Origin: Flaccisagitta enflata
Lineage: Eukaryota
Direction of reading: 5' to 3'
Assembly (NCBI GenBank): GCA_965153355.1
Contig: OZ231126.1
Location: 49,042,001 to 49,106,000 of the forward strand
Length of the DNA: 64,000 nt
Shown here in pieces: positions 1-13,561 of this stretch. How positions within the stretch are numbered: the first letter of the stretch is position 1; every line of letters starts with the position of its first letter. The notes beneath the pieces were generated by a model. The model made no database searches and was not told the DNA's origin. It saw only the letters and a program-made list of their open reading frames with translations. A program made the position numbers and the translations under genes.

Positions 1-518
1 AGTCACAAATTGTTCACATGCTCTTGAGAGAAACCTAAAAAAAATGATATTAAGTCACGAAAAAATGAACTAGAGCTTGTATTTTATTTTTGCGTTACAC
101 GTAAGCAAATAAGTCGCGTGCGGGACATAAATAACTTAGGGCAACTTAAATTGACTTTCAATAACTCAAGATGACCTGATATGACCTGAATTAACTCAAG
201 ATGACCTGAAATGACTTTAAATAACCTAAAAAAGTCATTAACTTAATATGACTTAAAATAACATAGAATGACTTAGAATGACTTGAAATGATTTGTAATG
301 GCATTTGGGAAGGAGCTGTCAGCTCAAAAAGCTTAAAAACATCAAAAAATTTAAAGGGCACAGACAGACCGACCGACCAACTAACCGACTGACCGACGGG
401 CCGACCAAACGACAGAACTACGGACCGACAAAGTTGGGTGCAACTTTAAATTGTTTTTTTAACTAATGAAGTAAGTATTGTCACCACAATGAAAGGACAT
501 GACCAAACAAAAATTTAT

Positions 519-1372
519 TACCAGTAATGGCGGCTGTCGCCGTGAGGAAAAAAGTCGTAAGCGTTGGTCACTTTTCACCAAGTTTTTATTCTCAGTCTAT
601 GCATTTTTTGATTTGTTGCTGATCAAATCAAGAGTAGTATGTATTTGATTGCACTGAAAATCAGAGAAAGATAGGACTGAGCCAAATGAGCTAGATGAGC
701 TAAAATTGCTCAAACCAGACAACTGCTATGCTCACTGACATGCTTTCTTGTATTTGCATGCTCACATCAAATATTCATTTATTTATCCTTTAAAAAATCA
801 GAAAAAAAAACTGAGTCAAGTGAGCTAAGTGAGCCAAAATACTTAAAAACACCCTCACAGAAGAGCACTTATGCTCACTGACATCAGTGACGTGTTTTTT
901 TGGATCTGCTTGCTTAAATATGTATCAAAATATTAATTCATTTATCGCATTTGAAATCAGAAAAAAAAGAGCAAAATGAGCTAAATGAGCTAAATGAGCT
1001 TTAATGCTCCAAAACACCCTCACTGTTGAGTAGCTATGCTCATAAACATGTTTTCTTGTATTTGCATGTCCAACAAACATAGATACATTTTTTTATTGAT
1101 CTTATTTAAAATCAAAATAAATTAAAAAAAATTCAATTCAAATTTTTCATAAATAAATCTTTAAAAAATCATAGCCCAAAAAATATTTGTCGTAGAGCAT
1201 TCTGCTTAACGCCAAATGAAAGAGAATTATCAAATTTACTTACCTTATCAATTTTGTCCGAGGCCGCAATCAGCCGGAAGAGACCCGCAACTTCCTAATA
1301 AGAAAATGAAAACCCCGTTTCTCTCGAATATGTCAAAAAGTCGAAGACTGACTTCGACTTTTTTCCCGACTA
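519..1372 (+). repeat. Unclassified ~0.9-kb interspersed repeat with internal subrepeats; second copy at 53295-54260
   Basis: Both copies start taccagtaatggcg(g/a)ctgtcgccgtgaggaaaaaagt and end aaaagt(c/a)gaagactgacttc..ttcccga; repeated gagctaaatgagcta / tatgctcactgacatg motifs. Confidence 0.7.
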
Positions 1373-1438
1373 TGAGGCATCCAGGAACTGCTATCTGTTG
1401 TTTTATTCGGGAAAGCCGAGGCAGAGAACGGGAGGAAA

Positions 1439-1678
<240 letters not shown>

Positions 1679-2076
1679 GTGAGAGAGAGAGTAGGATAAT
1701 GACTTGGGAAGAGTTTTCGATATCTAAGCAAACCAAAGAGCTGTTTAGCGTGTAAAGACTAACTATAACTATCTAAGACGCACAAAGAAATAGTATTGAT
1801 CGAATCGTATTGCACTGAAGCTTTCTTAGCGCTCTCTTTGTACATGACATGTGACAACATTGCTTTATTCAAAAAAAACAAGGTCAACAAATAGTGGATC
1901 AATGGTACGCGGAAGAACCTGATTACGACTACTCAGGAACTGGCAATGTCATGAAAGCAGGTATAATTACTTAATCTGTATTTCCGCTTATCAGCGCCCC
2001 CATCAGAAATGAATATTTCAGGTCACCAATGAAATTATCCTACAAGAAAAGGTATTCATAACATAAGGGCTGGGTT

Positions 2077-2680
2077 TTTTGGGCAGCGGCCTCGAAGGGG
2101 ACGAAGTCCTGTAGAACACAGGGGGACTTTTGTTCGTCCATTCGTCCTTCCATCCGTCCATCCGTCCATCCGTCCATCCGTCCATCCGTCCGTCCGGTCG
2201 TCCATCCGTCCCCCCAGGCCCTCTCAGACCTGAAATCTGCCCTATCAGGCCTGATATATGCCCTATCAGGCCTGAAATCTACCCTCTCAGGCCTGAAATC
2301 TGCCCTCTTAAGCCTTGAATCTGCCCTCTCAGGCCTGATATCTGCCGTCAGGCCTGCAATCTGTCCTCACAGGTCTTGAATCTGCCCTCTCATGCAGATT
2401 CAAGGCTTGAGAGGGCAGATTTCAGGCCAGAGAGGGTAGATTTCAGGCCTGATAGGGCAGATTTCAGGCCTGATAGGGCAGATTTCAGGCCTGAGAGGGC
2501 CTTGGGGAGATGGATGGATGGACGGATGAACAACGGACGGATGAACAAAAGTCCCCCTGTGTTCTAAAGGACTTCGCCCTCTTTGGGGCCGCTGCCCTGC
2601 TTCCTCTCACTCCATTTCACAATCAAGCAAAGCAGGGCAACGGGTATCGCTGACCACATATTGCCCTTGGGCGACCTGTT
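2077..2680 (+). mobile_element. Non-autonomous interspersed element, family B (Helentron/HINE-like), with inverted gggcagcggcc(c)cgaagggg blocks and a 21-bp minisatellite
   Basis: ttttgggcagcggcctcgaagggg ... ctttggggccgctgccc, then tail gcagggcaacgggtatcgctgaccacatattgcccttgggcgac; internal (ccgt/ccat)n and (ctcaggcctgaaatctgccct)n. Confidence 0.55.
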
Positions 2681-2776
2681 TCCTGTAACGTTTTCATCAA
2701 AATGTATTTATCAGTGGCTCTGAAGTCTGAAGTTGTACCTTCTTGTCTGCGACTGTTCCCCCGTGTAAGGTCTTAC

Positions 2777-3361
2777 TTTTTGGGCAGCGGCTCTGAAGGG
2801 GTCGATGACCTATGCTTTCACACATATTGGGAATTTTCTCCTTCATCTCCTTCTTCTTTTCCGTCTGTCCGTCCCCCCGACCCGACTCAAATCCTAGCCT
2901 CGAGGCCCAAATCCCAGCCTTGGGGCTTGGATCCCATCCCCAAAGCCCCAAATCCAATCCTGCAGGCCCAAATCCAATCCTGGAGGCCCAAATCTCAGCC
3001 TTGAGGCCCAAATCCCAGCCTCAATGCTCAAATCCAAACCTTGAGGCACAAATCCCAACCTCGAGGTCCAAATCCCAGCCTCAAGGCCCCAATCCCAGCC
3101 TCAAGGCCCCAATCTCACCCTCAACGCCCAAATCCTAGCCTCCTGACCCAAATCCTAGCCTCAGGCTCCAAGCCCAAATGTCAGCCTTCAGGCCTAGATC
3201 TCCGCCTAAAGACCCATATCTCCATTTGCCAGGAGGAGAAAGAGAAAATTCCCCATATGTGTGAAAGCATAGGTCATCGACCCCTTCGGAGCCGCTGCCC
3301 TGCTCCCCTACCTAAGCAGGGCACGGGTACCGCTGACCATTTAACACTTTTGCAACTATTT
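2777..3361 (+). mobile_element. Family B element with (aggcccaaatcccagcctca)n minisatellite
   Basis: Same subterminal inverted blocks and 3' tail. Other copies or fragments at ~13665-14097, 35985-36460, 38209-38768, 39438-39921, 40305-40682, 58080-58893 and 63545-63972. Confidence 0.55.
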
Positions 3362-5012
3362 TTGCTATTTTCCCCTCTTCCGGCCACTTTACATGGCGAA
3401 TCAAGCCAATAGTCTTTACTTTGTTTGCCCCTCATCAGGCCATTTCATGTGGCCGATCAGACCATTACTCTCTACTTGGGAGAAAATAGCTCATTTTTGC
3501 CATTCTGTTCCCCAAAAAAAGTTAATTAGTTAACTAGCTAATTATGTATAGTTAACTACAGAGGTTTTGAGAATTTTAACATGTTAACTAACTAGTTAAA
3601 GTTAACTACTGCTGGCCCTACAATAGTCTTTACTTTAGTTTGCCCCTCATCAGACTATTTCATATGGTTAATCAGGCCGTTAGTCTCTACTTTGTTTACC
3701 TCTTATTAGGCTATTTCACATGGTTAATCAGGTCGTTTGTCGCTACTTTGTGTACCCTCATCAGGCCATTCCACATGGTTAATCAGACCGTTACTCTTCA
3801 CTTTTGCTTTCTTCTTCATCAGGTCACTTCACTCAAGTCGTATGGAAAGGCAGTGAAGAGTTGGGCATTGGCAAAGCCGTGGACAAAAAGGGCAAAATGA
3901 TCGTCGTTTGTAATTATCGGCCCGCTGGCAACATGATGGGCAGATTCGTCGATAATGTAGCCAGACCGTGAATCTACCTCAAATCATGTCTTTGAAATCT
4001 ACATTCCATAAATGGCCTGCTTCTACTATTTGTAAATCTCTATCTTTGTCTCCTTTCTTTTTGACTCCTTTTTTCTAGTTTTCTCTTTTGAAAATGTCTC
4101 AGTGTAGAAACATGTTCTCTATTTCACCAGGTAGAGAAAAAAAAGAAACCTAACGTTCAGTATTTCCACCGTAACGCGCAATTACTGTCTCACAATTGTT
4201 GCAACTTTGCTTCTTTAGGAAGTGAATACGTCACTGTATAGGACGATCCGAAAAACCAACAAACAAAGATATAAAACAAACAATTAGCTAAGACCGTTAC
4301 CTTGAATAGATTGTTACGAGTGACATTCGAAAGTCGCGAGTCGGATTTTCTATACCTTTTGCAATCAATATGCAATTGTTAAGTTTTGTTGACAATTTAC
4401 TTACAAAATCAACAACAGCAATGACAAAAAGCAATTACATTCACACATTTTTACCAATGGTATTTACCATCGATGCTAACAAACTTTTTTTTCTATATGG
4501 TTAAAACTAACATTCAAATAGTACATCTTATCAGAAAATAAATGATGGCTAGAACCGATATTCAGTATTCTGGCGGTGAGAGGAGACATAATATGTCGTG
4601 ATGCACCTTTTGATCTTTTACAATTGCACTCTTGTGTTCTCAATCCTTTAAATACATATCAAGATATACAAATGTCGGAACTCTTTTGGGGGAATCTTTG
4701 TTTTTGTACTCATTTTCCTGGTCTTGTATTTATTCCGTTGGAGAAAGTAAATTCACTTTGAAAATAATGACTAATGACCTAACTTATAACACGATAAAAT
4801 CAAGTCAGCATGTTAATATCCAGATTCTGAAAACTAAGAGCTTTGGGAAGATTGTCTATCGTCGATTGTCATGTTTCAGGGTGTCACCAAAAAAATAAAC
4901 AGACTTTCTACGAGAGAAGATTGAGGCGTTGTCGAATAACAGGTAAAACTGCACAAGTAGTTCAGTTAGAAGCGTCGTAACACAGACACATGAAGCAATT
5001 AATAAACAGTAA

Positions 5013-5279
5013 GGGGATGTTTCTAGTCAGAGACAATCGCGTTTTTAACGGGCCACTCGGTCGCTCGCTACGTTCGTTTGCTCGCACCGCTCACTCCGCT
5101 CACTCACTCCGCAGCACTCCGCTTCTCTACCCTCGCTTCGCTCGCTCGCTCTGTTCCAGGCTCGCTCACTCACTTTGCTTACTCCCTTGTGGGACAGTTG
5201 AAATTCTTAAATATGTGTTCACACTGTTAACGCGTTGCACAGGAGGAAACGCATTATGGTCGTCACTAGAAACACGCCC
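5013..5279 (+). mobile_element. MITE (GGG..CCC ends, possibly PIF/Harbinger-like) with (cgct/cact)n core; inverted sister copy at 5686-5910
   Basis: ggggatgtttctagt ... actagaaacacgccc; fragment at 35637-35698. Confidence 0.55.
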
Positions 5280-6576
5280 TTACTTAAATGACAAATGTCA
5301 CATTTGGGTATTTCTCTCTCTTTGTTTAAACCATTTTGATCATCGACAGTTTGACTTGTACATGAATGGAAAAATTACACAAGGAAGGAAGGAATATAAA
5401 GAGCAGGCCGGAGCAAATAGGCCGAAAAACCCAAGCCGCCACCAAAACACACCATTCCATAATAAAACAAGGGAAGGGGGAAGAGGAGGATGAGGAGGAA
5501 TTGTCTTCTAATTTGTGAAATGGTGCCAAAACCTGCTTCTACAGTTCAGTAGAATCTACACGACACAATCGCGAATTTTGAATAAGCATTTTTGATTTTC
5601 GAAAATGTGTGTTCACACTGAAAATGTGTTCAACTGGGAATAATTGTGATTGTTGTCATCATTGGAGACACGCTCCTTGGGGCTTTGGGCGTGTTTCTAG
5701 TGAAGATGAAAAACGTGTTTGTTCCTGTAAAATGCGATTACAGGGTGAACACATATTCAAGAATTTCAACCGTCCCATGAGGGAGTGAGCAAAGTGAGTG
5801 AGCGAGCGGAGCAAAGCGGAGTGAGCGGAGTGAGCAGTGCGAGCGAACGAAGGTAGCGAGCGACCGAGTGGCCCGTTCAAAACGCGGTTGTCTGACTAGA
5901 AACGCACCCCATGTAGGATCTGAGCCCATCAACTAAATTTGCTCCGGGATGGAGGATAGAGGGAGAAAATGACAATGATATCTATAATGTGGTAATAAAG
6001 CCGATGTTCAAAACCAACGAATAAAACTTGTAAAATGATAAACGATGATCAAGGAAGATAAAGGGACTGACGGAATGACAAACTAACAAATGGAAAGATA
6101 GCAACATCAAAACTAAGACTTCCAAGTTGGAAATAGCGCAGGGATAACTTCGTCTCCGTTTCCACTTAAATAATGATAAATGGCGGTGAAATTATTTCGC
6201 CAAGAGCGCGAGCGATGGTAGAGAGATAAATAACGTGATGCCATGGCGTAACGCTTTTCTGTGGAAATGTAGGGATGATGTCTCCGCTTTCTACATCAGA
6301 TACATATTTTTTTGAAGCAAGTATTGTTTAATTATAAAAACACCTGCTTTATCGTGCCAAATCAGTATTTAATTCTCGGCAACTATGATGGTGAGGTTCT
6401 CTTTCTCTTCTTTTTGTCAAGGAAAACAAAAAAGTGCAGGATCAGGAAAAATCTTCTTGACCTTTGACCCAGTGGATAGTGCGTCTTCCCAGGCAACGTT
6501 TGCTCCAAGTTTTCCCCGGTGATTTGTGGTGAGATTCGAGGCGGAATCGGCGTTGAGAATTGTTTCTGCACGCCAC

Positions 6577-6983
6577 GGGGGAGGCTTTCATATGTCAAGA
6601 AAAATTCTCGGTCATAATAGTGAGTGGTTTGGGCCTCAGGAAAGTTTACTTTATCACTTCATACCAAAATGAACATTTTTTTGCTTCAAAATTTTAAAAA
6701 AATGCTGTAAAATGCCGTAAAAATGGCATTAAATGATACTAAATAATGACGGGTTGGCGTGTATTTATGCATGAATGTATTTCAGTGCCAGATAATCATT
6801 GTTTGCCCATTTTTTGACCAAAGCAGCGGTTTTGGACCAAAAAAACTGTCAAAAATGCTATTTTTACAGCATTTTACAACACAAAATGATACTAGATGAT
6901 AACAGGTAAAGTAAACCTTCCTGAGGCTCAAACCACTCACCATTTTGACCGATAATTTTTCTTGACCTATGAAAGCCTCCCCC
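6577..6983. mobile_element. MITE with ~75-bp TIRs
   Basis: gggggaggctttcatatgtcaagaaaaatt ... aatttttcttgacctatgaaagcctccccc; TSD not clear. Confidence 0.6.
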
Positions 6984-8182
6984 GAAGCGTGTCTGTCTTT
7001 GCCCTTCGCAAAGCCATAATGGTATGTTTTGGGGACAATCATGTAAACTGTGGTGATCTCTGTCTTTGCCTTACGCATCAGTGATGATGATTTGTTGTGG
7101 GAATAAGTCTTGCAGAGGCTTTCATGTTTGAGCTGGCGAAGCGTACCCGAATCCCAGGTTCCCTGGAGTCAATCAAAAAAAAAAAAAAAAAAAAAAACAG
7201 CAACTGAATAGACAGTTCAAAGGCCATAGATTGGCGGGATTATCCTTGCCCTGCTTGTTTGTAGTGTTGGTTAAGATGATAGTAAGGTAGTCTCAGATCG
7301 TTGTGATGGAGCTAGATTTAGGCCTGGGAAAAATATCGGTATCACGGAAAAATATTGTTCCACTCATCGTAAGCAATTCTGAAATCCCATCAAAGAAAGA
7401 CGAAGGAGAAAATTCCCATTCTCTTTTTAACTCTTTAAGAGTGGACGTTGATTGTACATAAATTCTGCTCTTGGCCATAAAACTGTAATCCTTGGGTAAG
7501 TGTGTTTTGGCGTTACCCTCGTCTCGGTCTCTATTTCTGAAATCATTGGGTAAGTGCGTTTTGGCTTTATGTTCATCGCGGTCTTCATTTCCATCTTACA
7601 AAGAAAGAAATGGGCAAGCAAAGTGCGCGAGTAGCACCCATAGGCAGCAGGCAAAGTTTATAAGGACAACAGCATTAAATGGCAGGCTATTTTGAAAGTG
7701 CAGTATCAATTAGAAAAAGAAATGAAGGAAATAAACCGAAAAGAAGATATGTATATGACAAGTGGAACAATATCCTTCACTATACCCAAACTGAAACAAA
7801 CTGAATGTAATAAGACTTGTTTACAAAATTATTCAAAATATTTAGCTAATTCTTTTATGTTTATAAAAAACACTGCCTTCAGCTGAAGTTTTCTCATAAG
7901 CCCTTTAAATGGAAACATAATCTCATAAAGAAATGAGAAAAATATCCCTAAGGCAGAAGTTTTCGATTGCCGATAAGAACGGCATTCGGGGGGAAACAGC
8001 TACTGAGGGGGATGGTGTTAGGGGGAAACAGCTGCTCAGGGGAACAGTGTCAGGGGGAATCAGTTGGGGCGATGGTGTTAGGATAAGGGAAACAGCAACT
8101 CAGGGGAACAGTGATAGTGGAAAACAGCTGACTAGGGGGACAGCGTTAGGGGGAAACAGGTACTCTGAGAGACGGAGTATAA

Positions 8183-8938
8183 TTAGTCGCGTGCACGCGA
8201 CTCTACAACCCGCTTTGTCCGTCAGTCGGTCGGTCGGTTGGTCGGTTGGTCACACTTTACTTTTTTTATCAATTTTATTTCTTTAAGTCATTTTTAGTCA
8301 TTCTAAGATAATCTAAGTTATTTTAAGTCATTTTAAGTCATTTTAAGTCATTTAAGTCAATCTAAGTCATTTTTGGTCATTAGGTCATTTCATCATTTTA
8401 GTCATTTTTGGTCATTTTTAAGTCATTTTAAATCATTCTAAGTCATTCAAAGTTATTCTTAGGCATTCTACTACTCGACTCAAAAAAAAAGCTGCACCCT
8501 ATTTTGAGTTGATGTATAAGAAAAAAAAATTATTTAAGAATTTTTCTGTCAAAGTTATTTGAATGATTTTTGAATTTTCTTTCATTCTAGACCAATCCCA
8601 GATCTGTATCTCAAACGGTTTAGGAGCTCTGCAAAGAAAAGCACTATTTTGCTAAAATGCATTTTTTCATAGGGATTGCGAAACTGAAATAGGCAATGTT
8701 TTTACTCAAACTAATGTCATTTCTAAACAAAAAAAGACCGCAATACCAGATTGGCGCCAAATGAAAGATCTTTTCAAGAGCTTTCTAATGGTCTAAGATT
8801 TTATTTAGTTTTTTTGAAATTTAGTATGACAATTTGTCATTTAAAAGTGCGGCTTTTTTATTGAGTCGAGTAGTAAGTCTTTCTAAGTCATTCAAAGTCA
8901 GAAAATCTCGCACGCGACTTATAGGTGTTGGCCTTGTT
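8183..8938 (+). mobile_element. Helentron/DINE-1-like non-autonomous element, family A, with (aagtcatttt)n satellite cargo
   Basis: 5' palindromic subTIR tagtcgcgtgcacgcgact, (gtcg/gttg)n microsatellite, 3' gcacgcgact..ggtgttggccttgtt; sits in T runs, no TSD. Confidence 0.65.
8471..8873. mobile_element. MITE (TA TSD) nested in a family A element
   Basis: TA-ctactcgactcaaaaaaaaagctgcac ... gtgcggcttttttattgagtcgagtag-TA. Confidence 0.7.
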
Positions 8939-9827
8939 TTAGGATAAGGGTACAATAAGAACAGTCCGTCGTGATGGGAAAAAAATCAAACTGTTGAGAG
9001 CTTAAAATCGCCTTGCACAAGTTATTACTCATTCGGGGGGCAAACAGCTTATTAGGGGGACGGTGTTAGGGAGACACAGCTACTCATAACGATGGTGTTC
9101 AGGCGTCTCCTCCTCTGCCTTCTCCTTCTCCTCCTCCTGTCCTTCCTCCCCCTTTTTCTTTAAAGATGTTCAGTCACTCAGAAACGGTCACTCACTTTTA
9201 AAAGTGGGATTGATTAGAGCTTGAAAAAGGTTTGCCCGTACATCTCAACAGTTCAGATTTTGCTCTGAAATCAAATTCAACTGCGTGTAAGATAAAATCA
9301 CTACGGCCGAACGCTAGCTTCTACAATCCTGGTAACGGCACCGGTGGATGGAGTGTTGAATTCTGCTTTGGACTTCAAATGAAAATTGAGAGATGAAAGC
9401 ACCCCCGATTTTTAATATTGACTTAATTGACACGATGTTTCATACAATTTTCTGATCATGCGCTCAGAGTTAAAGTCCGGGGACATAAAGGTCAACTTGA
9501 GTGCAGATAGTTTTATTTTTTTTTGATCTATAGTATTTCATAAGTACAGTTAAACTTTGCAATAACGGACCCAAGAGTAACGGAAACCCAGCAGTAGCGG
9601 AAAGATACCATTGGTCCCTGCATTTTCTCTTTTATTTCTTTGTATGAAAAACTTGTTAGTACCGGCCTCTTCTGTAACGAAAAGTTCGTCTAATCCGCAT
9701 GACCAGAGTGGTCCGAAGGGTAAAAATCCCTAGGCCAATAACGGAAAATCGGCATCCGTCGATGGCAATCGCCGCCGAGCTAGTGGTGAAATTGACGGCA
9801 TCAATTAGATTTGCCGTCACGAAGTAG

Positions 9828-9868
<41 letters not shown>

Positions 9869-12037
9869 GGAGAGAGAGCTCTTTACCTGAAGATCTACAT
9901 ACTACTTGTTAACTTCATCTTATTCCAACGATATTAGCTACTAGCATTTACTCAATTGGTGATTGTTGAAAATAGGGTGTAGGGATGGCAACCCCATCCA
10001 TATCGTCCTTTTGGTTTTCCAATAAATCCCATTTTCTCTCCAACGATAAAAATCTTGCATCTTACAAAACTGACTTCACCTAAAAATCGCAAAAAAAAAA
10101 AAAGAAAAAAAAAGATAATTGATCTTGAACAAAAAGTAAACCAGCGCACAGACATTAGTCACATTTTCCATCGCCTCCAGTACACTTTTTCACTTCATCA
10201 AAAATGTCTTTCTGTCTGATTATCTATTTAGTTGCGGATACGCAACTCTATTTAGAAGAGGCTTTGCCCGTCCGTCCCTTGCTCCATTGGTCCATTGGTC
10301 CCTAATGATCGAGTCAAAAAGTGTGGTACTGGTAACGCACATTTATGATGCTGCAGTCATGATTGTCTGAGTTTGTGAGTGAGCATGGGATGGGAGAGGG
10401 TATGCGTGGGGGTTGTATGCCCGTGCCCTCAGATCCGTAATAGTATTGTGACCCTCTCTCACTTTATCTGCCTATGGGGATTCGTTTGAATGTCAGTCTG
10501 TCTTACTGTCTTTCTATCTGTCTTTAATCCTGTCTGTCTGTCAATCTATCATCTTTATCATTCTATACCTAGTTATACCTATATATTGTCAGAAGCTGTG
10601 CTGTGTATTACTACGTCAATAGGTTATTCTTTGCTTAATCATGATCAAGAATAGTCAAATTGGCAACACCGTAATTCGGCACAACCGGAAAAAAACAGCT
10701 AGTCCCTTGAGATCCGTTATTGCGGGGTTCCACTGTAATATGGTCAATCTTTTTTTCATCGATGTTACTCATAAGGTTTAGCAGATACTTCACTTTTCTT
10801 ACTAGACCTACTTCCCTACTCGGATGAAGACTAAAGTAAAGGTGATTTTTAAGAAGCATTTTTCCTTGTCATCATTGCCGTCTTATTATGCTGTAGTGAG
10901 AGACGCACTAACATTAACTCTCTACGGAAACATTTTTTTGAGGCGCCAAATGGCGTTTTACAGGTCACTGCATGCAGTCGGATTCACTGTTGGTGTTCTG
11001 ATGCAATTTATATGTATCAGCGTATCTGTTTGTCTATTTATTCTTTGGTTTTAGCCAGTCTGTGTTTCTTTCTCAACGCGTAATGATACATTGGAAATTT
11101 AACTCTGACTTAGAGAAAGTGTCGGTGGAGTTGAGTTATAAAAAGAAGTCGTAGGATAAGTGTTACCTTTTTTTCCCACTTTTTATAAAAGAAATGTTTG
11201 TACAACATCAAAGCGAGTGATGCTGAAGACATAAGATTTCCACAGTTTTATTCAGCGCCCTCACTTTAGTCAAATTGCTAAAAATGATTTTCGAGCGACC
11301 TTTTTTACCCCCGCTGATATCGCTGCCTAGATTGATGATTAGTTGGGTTGATAATTACCATCTTGCACAAAAATATCGTCTCACCAATCAGGTTAATTTG
11401 TAACCAAACCATTTAAAAAAACATACTGGAATCAGTGACCATTAAAAAGTGCAAGAAAAAAATCTTCAAAATCTCGCCAACCAGAGCTCATTAGCTCGAT
11501 TTGTTTAAGTTATAAAGCCAAAAGAGTGAAAATGCTCATATCAACAAAAGCCAGAAAATATTTAAAAAGATGCTTGCTTATCACTTGCTTATTGTCACTT
11601 TTTCTTGGCTTATCATTAAAAAATCACATAAGAATTGGTGACCATTAGAAAGAGCTTTGATAAATCTGTCAAGTGCCGCCAAACAGATTTTTCTAGTTTC
11701 AACCGTTTGAATTTTATATCAAAATGAATACAAGTGCTGATGAAAAAAATTACCAGAAAATTTGAAGGACCTGTTCCACAAAATTGTAAAAAAATCCTCC
11801 ATTTATGTCTTCCTAGAGGAGAGGGGGGCGGGGAGAATGAAGGAGGAGAAGGAGTGAAAGCATAGGTCATCAACCTCTTCGGAGCCGCTGCCTAAAAGGG
11901 TACCAACATACAGACGGACGAAGCAGGGTGTAGAGTTGCGCAGCACACTACCAAAGACTGTGAGAGAACTGCGACATAACTCAATAAAGTTTTCTAACTC
12001 AATAAAGCCTCATTAAAGGCGCAATTTATCATCGTTT

Positions 12038-13561
12038 TTAGTCGCGTGCACGCGACTCTATGACCCACTCCGTCCGTCTGTCGGTCGGTCCGTCCGTCGG
12101 TCCATCGGTCCGTCCGTAACACTTAGCTTTTTTTCGTCATTTTACGTCATTTTAGGGTATTTTATGTCATTTTAAGTCATTTTAAGTCATTCTAAGTCAT
12201 TTCCAGTCATTTTCAGTTAATTTTAGTCACTTAAGTCATTTTGTCATTTTTTGTCATTTTTGTCATTTTTTGTCATTTTTTGTCATTTTTTGTTATTATA
12301 AGTCATTTTAAGTCATTCTTAGTCATTCTAGGTTATTTTAAGTCATTCTAAGTCATTACAAGTCATTCTGAGTCATTCTAAGTCACTAAGTTATTTTTTG
12401 GCTGTGTAGTTTTTTGGTAACACTTTGCTTTTTTGCGTCGTTTTTGGTCAGTTTGGGTCGTCTGGAGTTATTTTGAGTCATTTTTTTGTTGTTTTTGGTC
12501 ATTTTTGGTTGCTTTTGGTCATTGTTGGTTGCTTTTAGTCATTCTTGGTCATTTTTGATCATTTTTGTCACTTTGTTCGAATAAGTCATTTGTGTCATTT
12601 ATGGGCATTTAAAATAGTTTTAAGTCTTTTCAAGTCATTTTGGAACATTTCAGGTCATTTTTGGTCATTTAACATAGTTTTTTGGCATAGTTTAAGTTGG
12701 CTGGTTTAAGTCTGCTGGTTTGAGTCTGCTGGTTTAAGTCTGCTGGTTTAAGTCTGCTGGTTTAAGTCTGCTGGTTTAAGTCTGCTGGTTTAAGTCTGCT
12801 GGTTTAAGTCTAGTTGTTTGAGTCTGCTGGTTTAAGTCTGCTGGTTTAAGTCTGCTGGTTTAAGTCTGCTGGTTGAAGTCTGCTGGTTTAAGTCTGCTGG
12901 TTTAAGTCTGCTGGTTTAAGTCTGCTGGTTTAAGTCTGTTGGTTTAAGTCTGCTGGTTTAAGTCTGCTGGTTTAAGTCTGCTGGTTTGGGTCTGGTTTAA
13001 GTCTGGTTTAAGTCTGGTTTAAGTCTGGTTTAAGTCTGGTTTAAGTCTGGTTTAAGTCTGGTTTTAGTCTGGCTTAAGTCTGGTTTAAGTCTGGTTTGAG
13101 TCTGGTTTGAGTCTGATTTGAGTCAGGTTTAAGTCTGGTTTGAGTCTGGCTTGAGTCTGGTTTAAGTCTGGTTAAAGTCTGGTTCATGTCTGATTTATGT
13201 TCGGTTTAGGTCTGGTTTAGATCTGGTTTATGTCTGGTTTATGTCTAGTTTAGGTCTGGTTTAGGTCTGGTTTTGGTCTGGTTTTGGTCTGGGTTAGGTC
13301 TGGTTTAATTCTGGTTTGAGTCTGGTTTGAGCCTGGTTTGAGTCTAGTTTGAGTCTGGTTTGGTTCTGGTTTGGGTCTGGCGTGAGCCTGGTTTGAGTCT
13401 GGTTTGAGTCTAATTTGAGTCTGGTTTGAGTCTGGTTTGGTTCTGGTTTGGGTCTGGTTAAGGTCTGGTTTAAGTGTGATTTTTGATAAAAAGATAGAAT
13501 AGGAGTCAGGTCAGTTCAGTCATTTTTGTCCTGCACGCGACTTAAAGGTGTTGGCCTTGTT
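12038..13561 (+). mobile_element. Helentron-like family A copy with 10-, 14- and 11-bp satellite arrays
   Basis: Same termini as 8183-8938; internal (aagtcatttt)n, (ttaagtctgctggt)n, (ttaagtctggt)n. Confidence 0.65.

Noticed and set aside
3420-3830. CTGATGA..GAAA motifs in ~55-bp tandem repeats (minus strand), and ctgatga at ~52957, as hammerhead ribozymes
   Set aside because: I could not build stems I-III around the core by eye; an Infernal/RNAbob search would be needed
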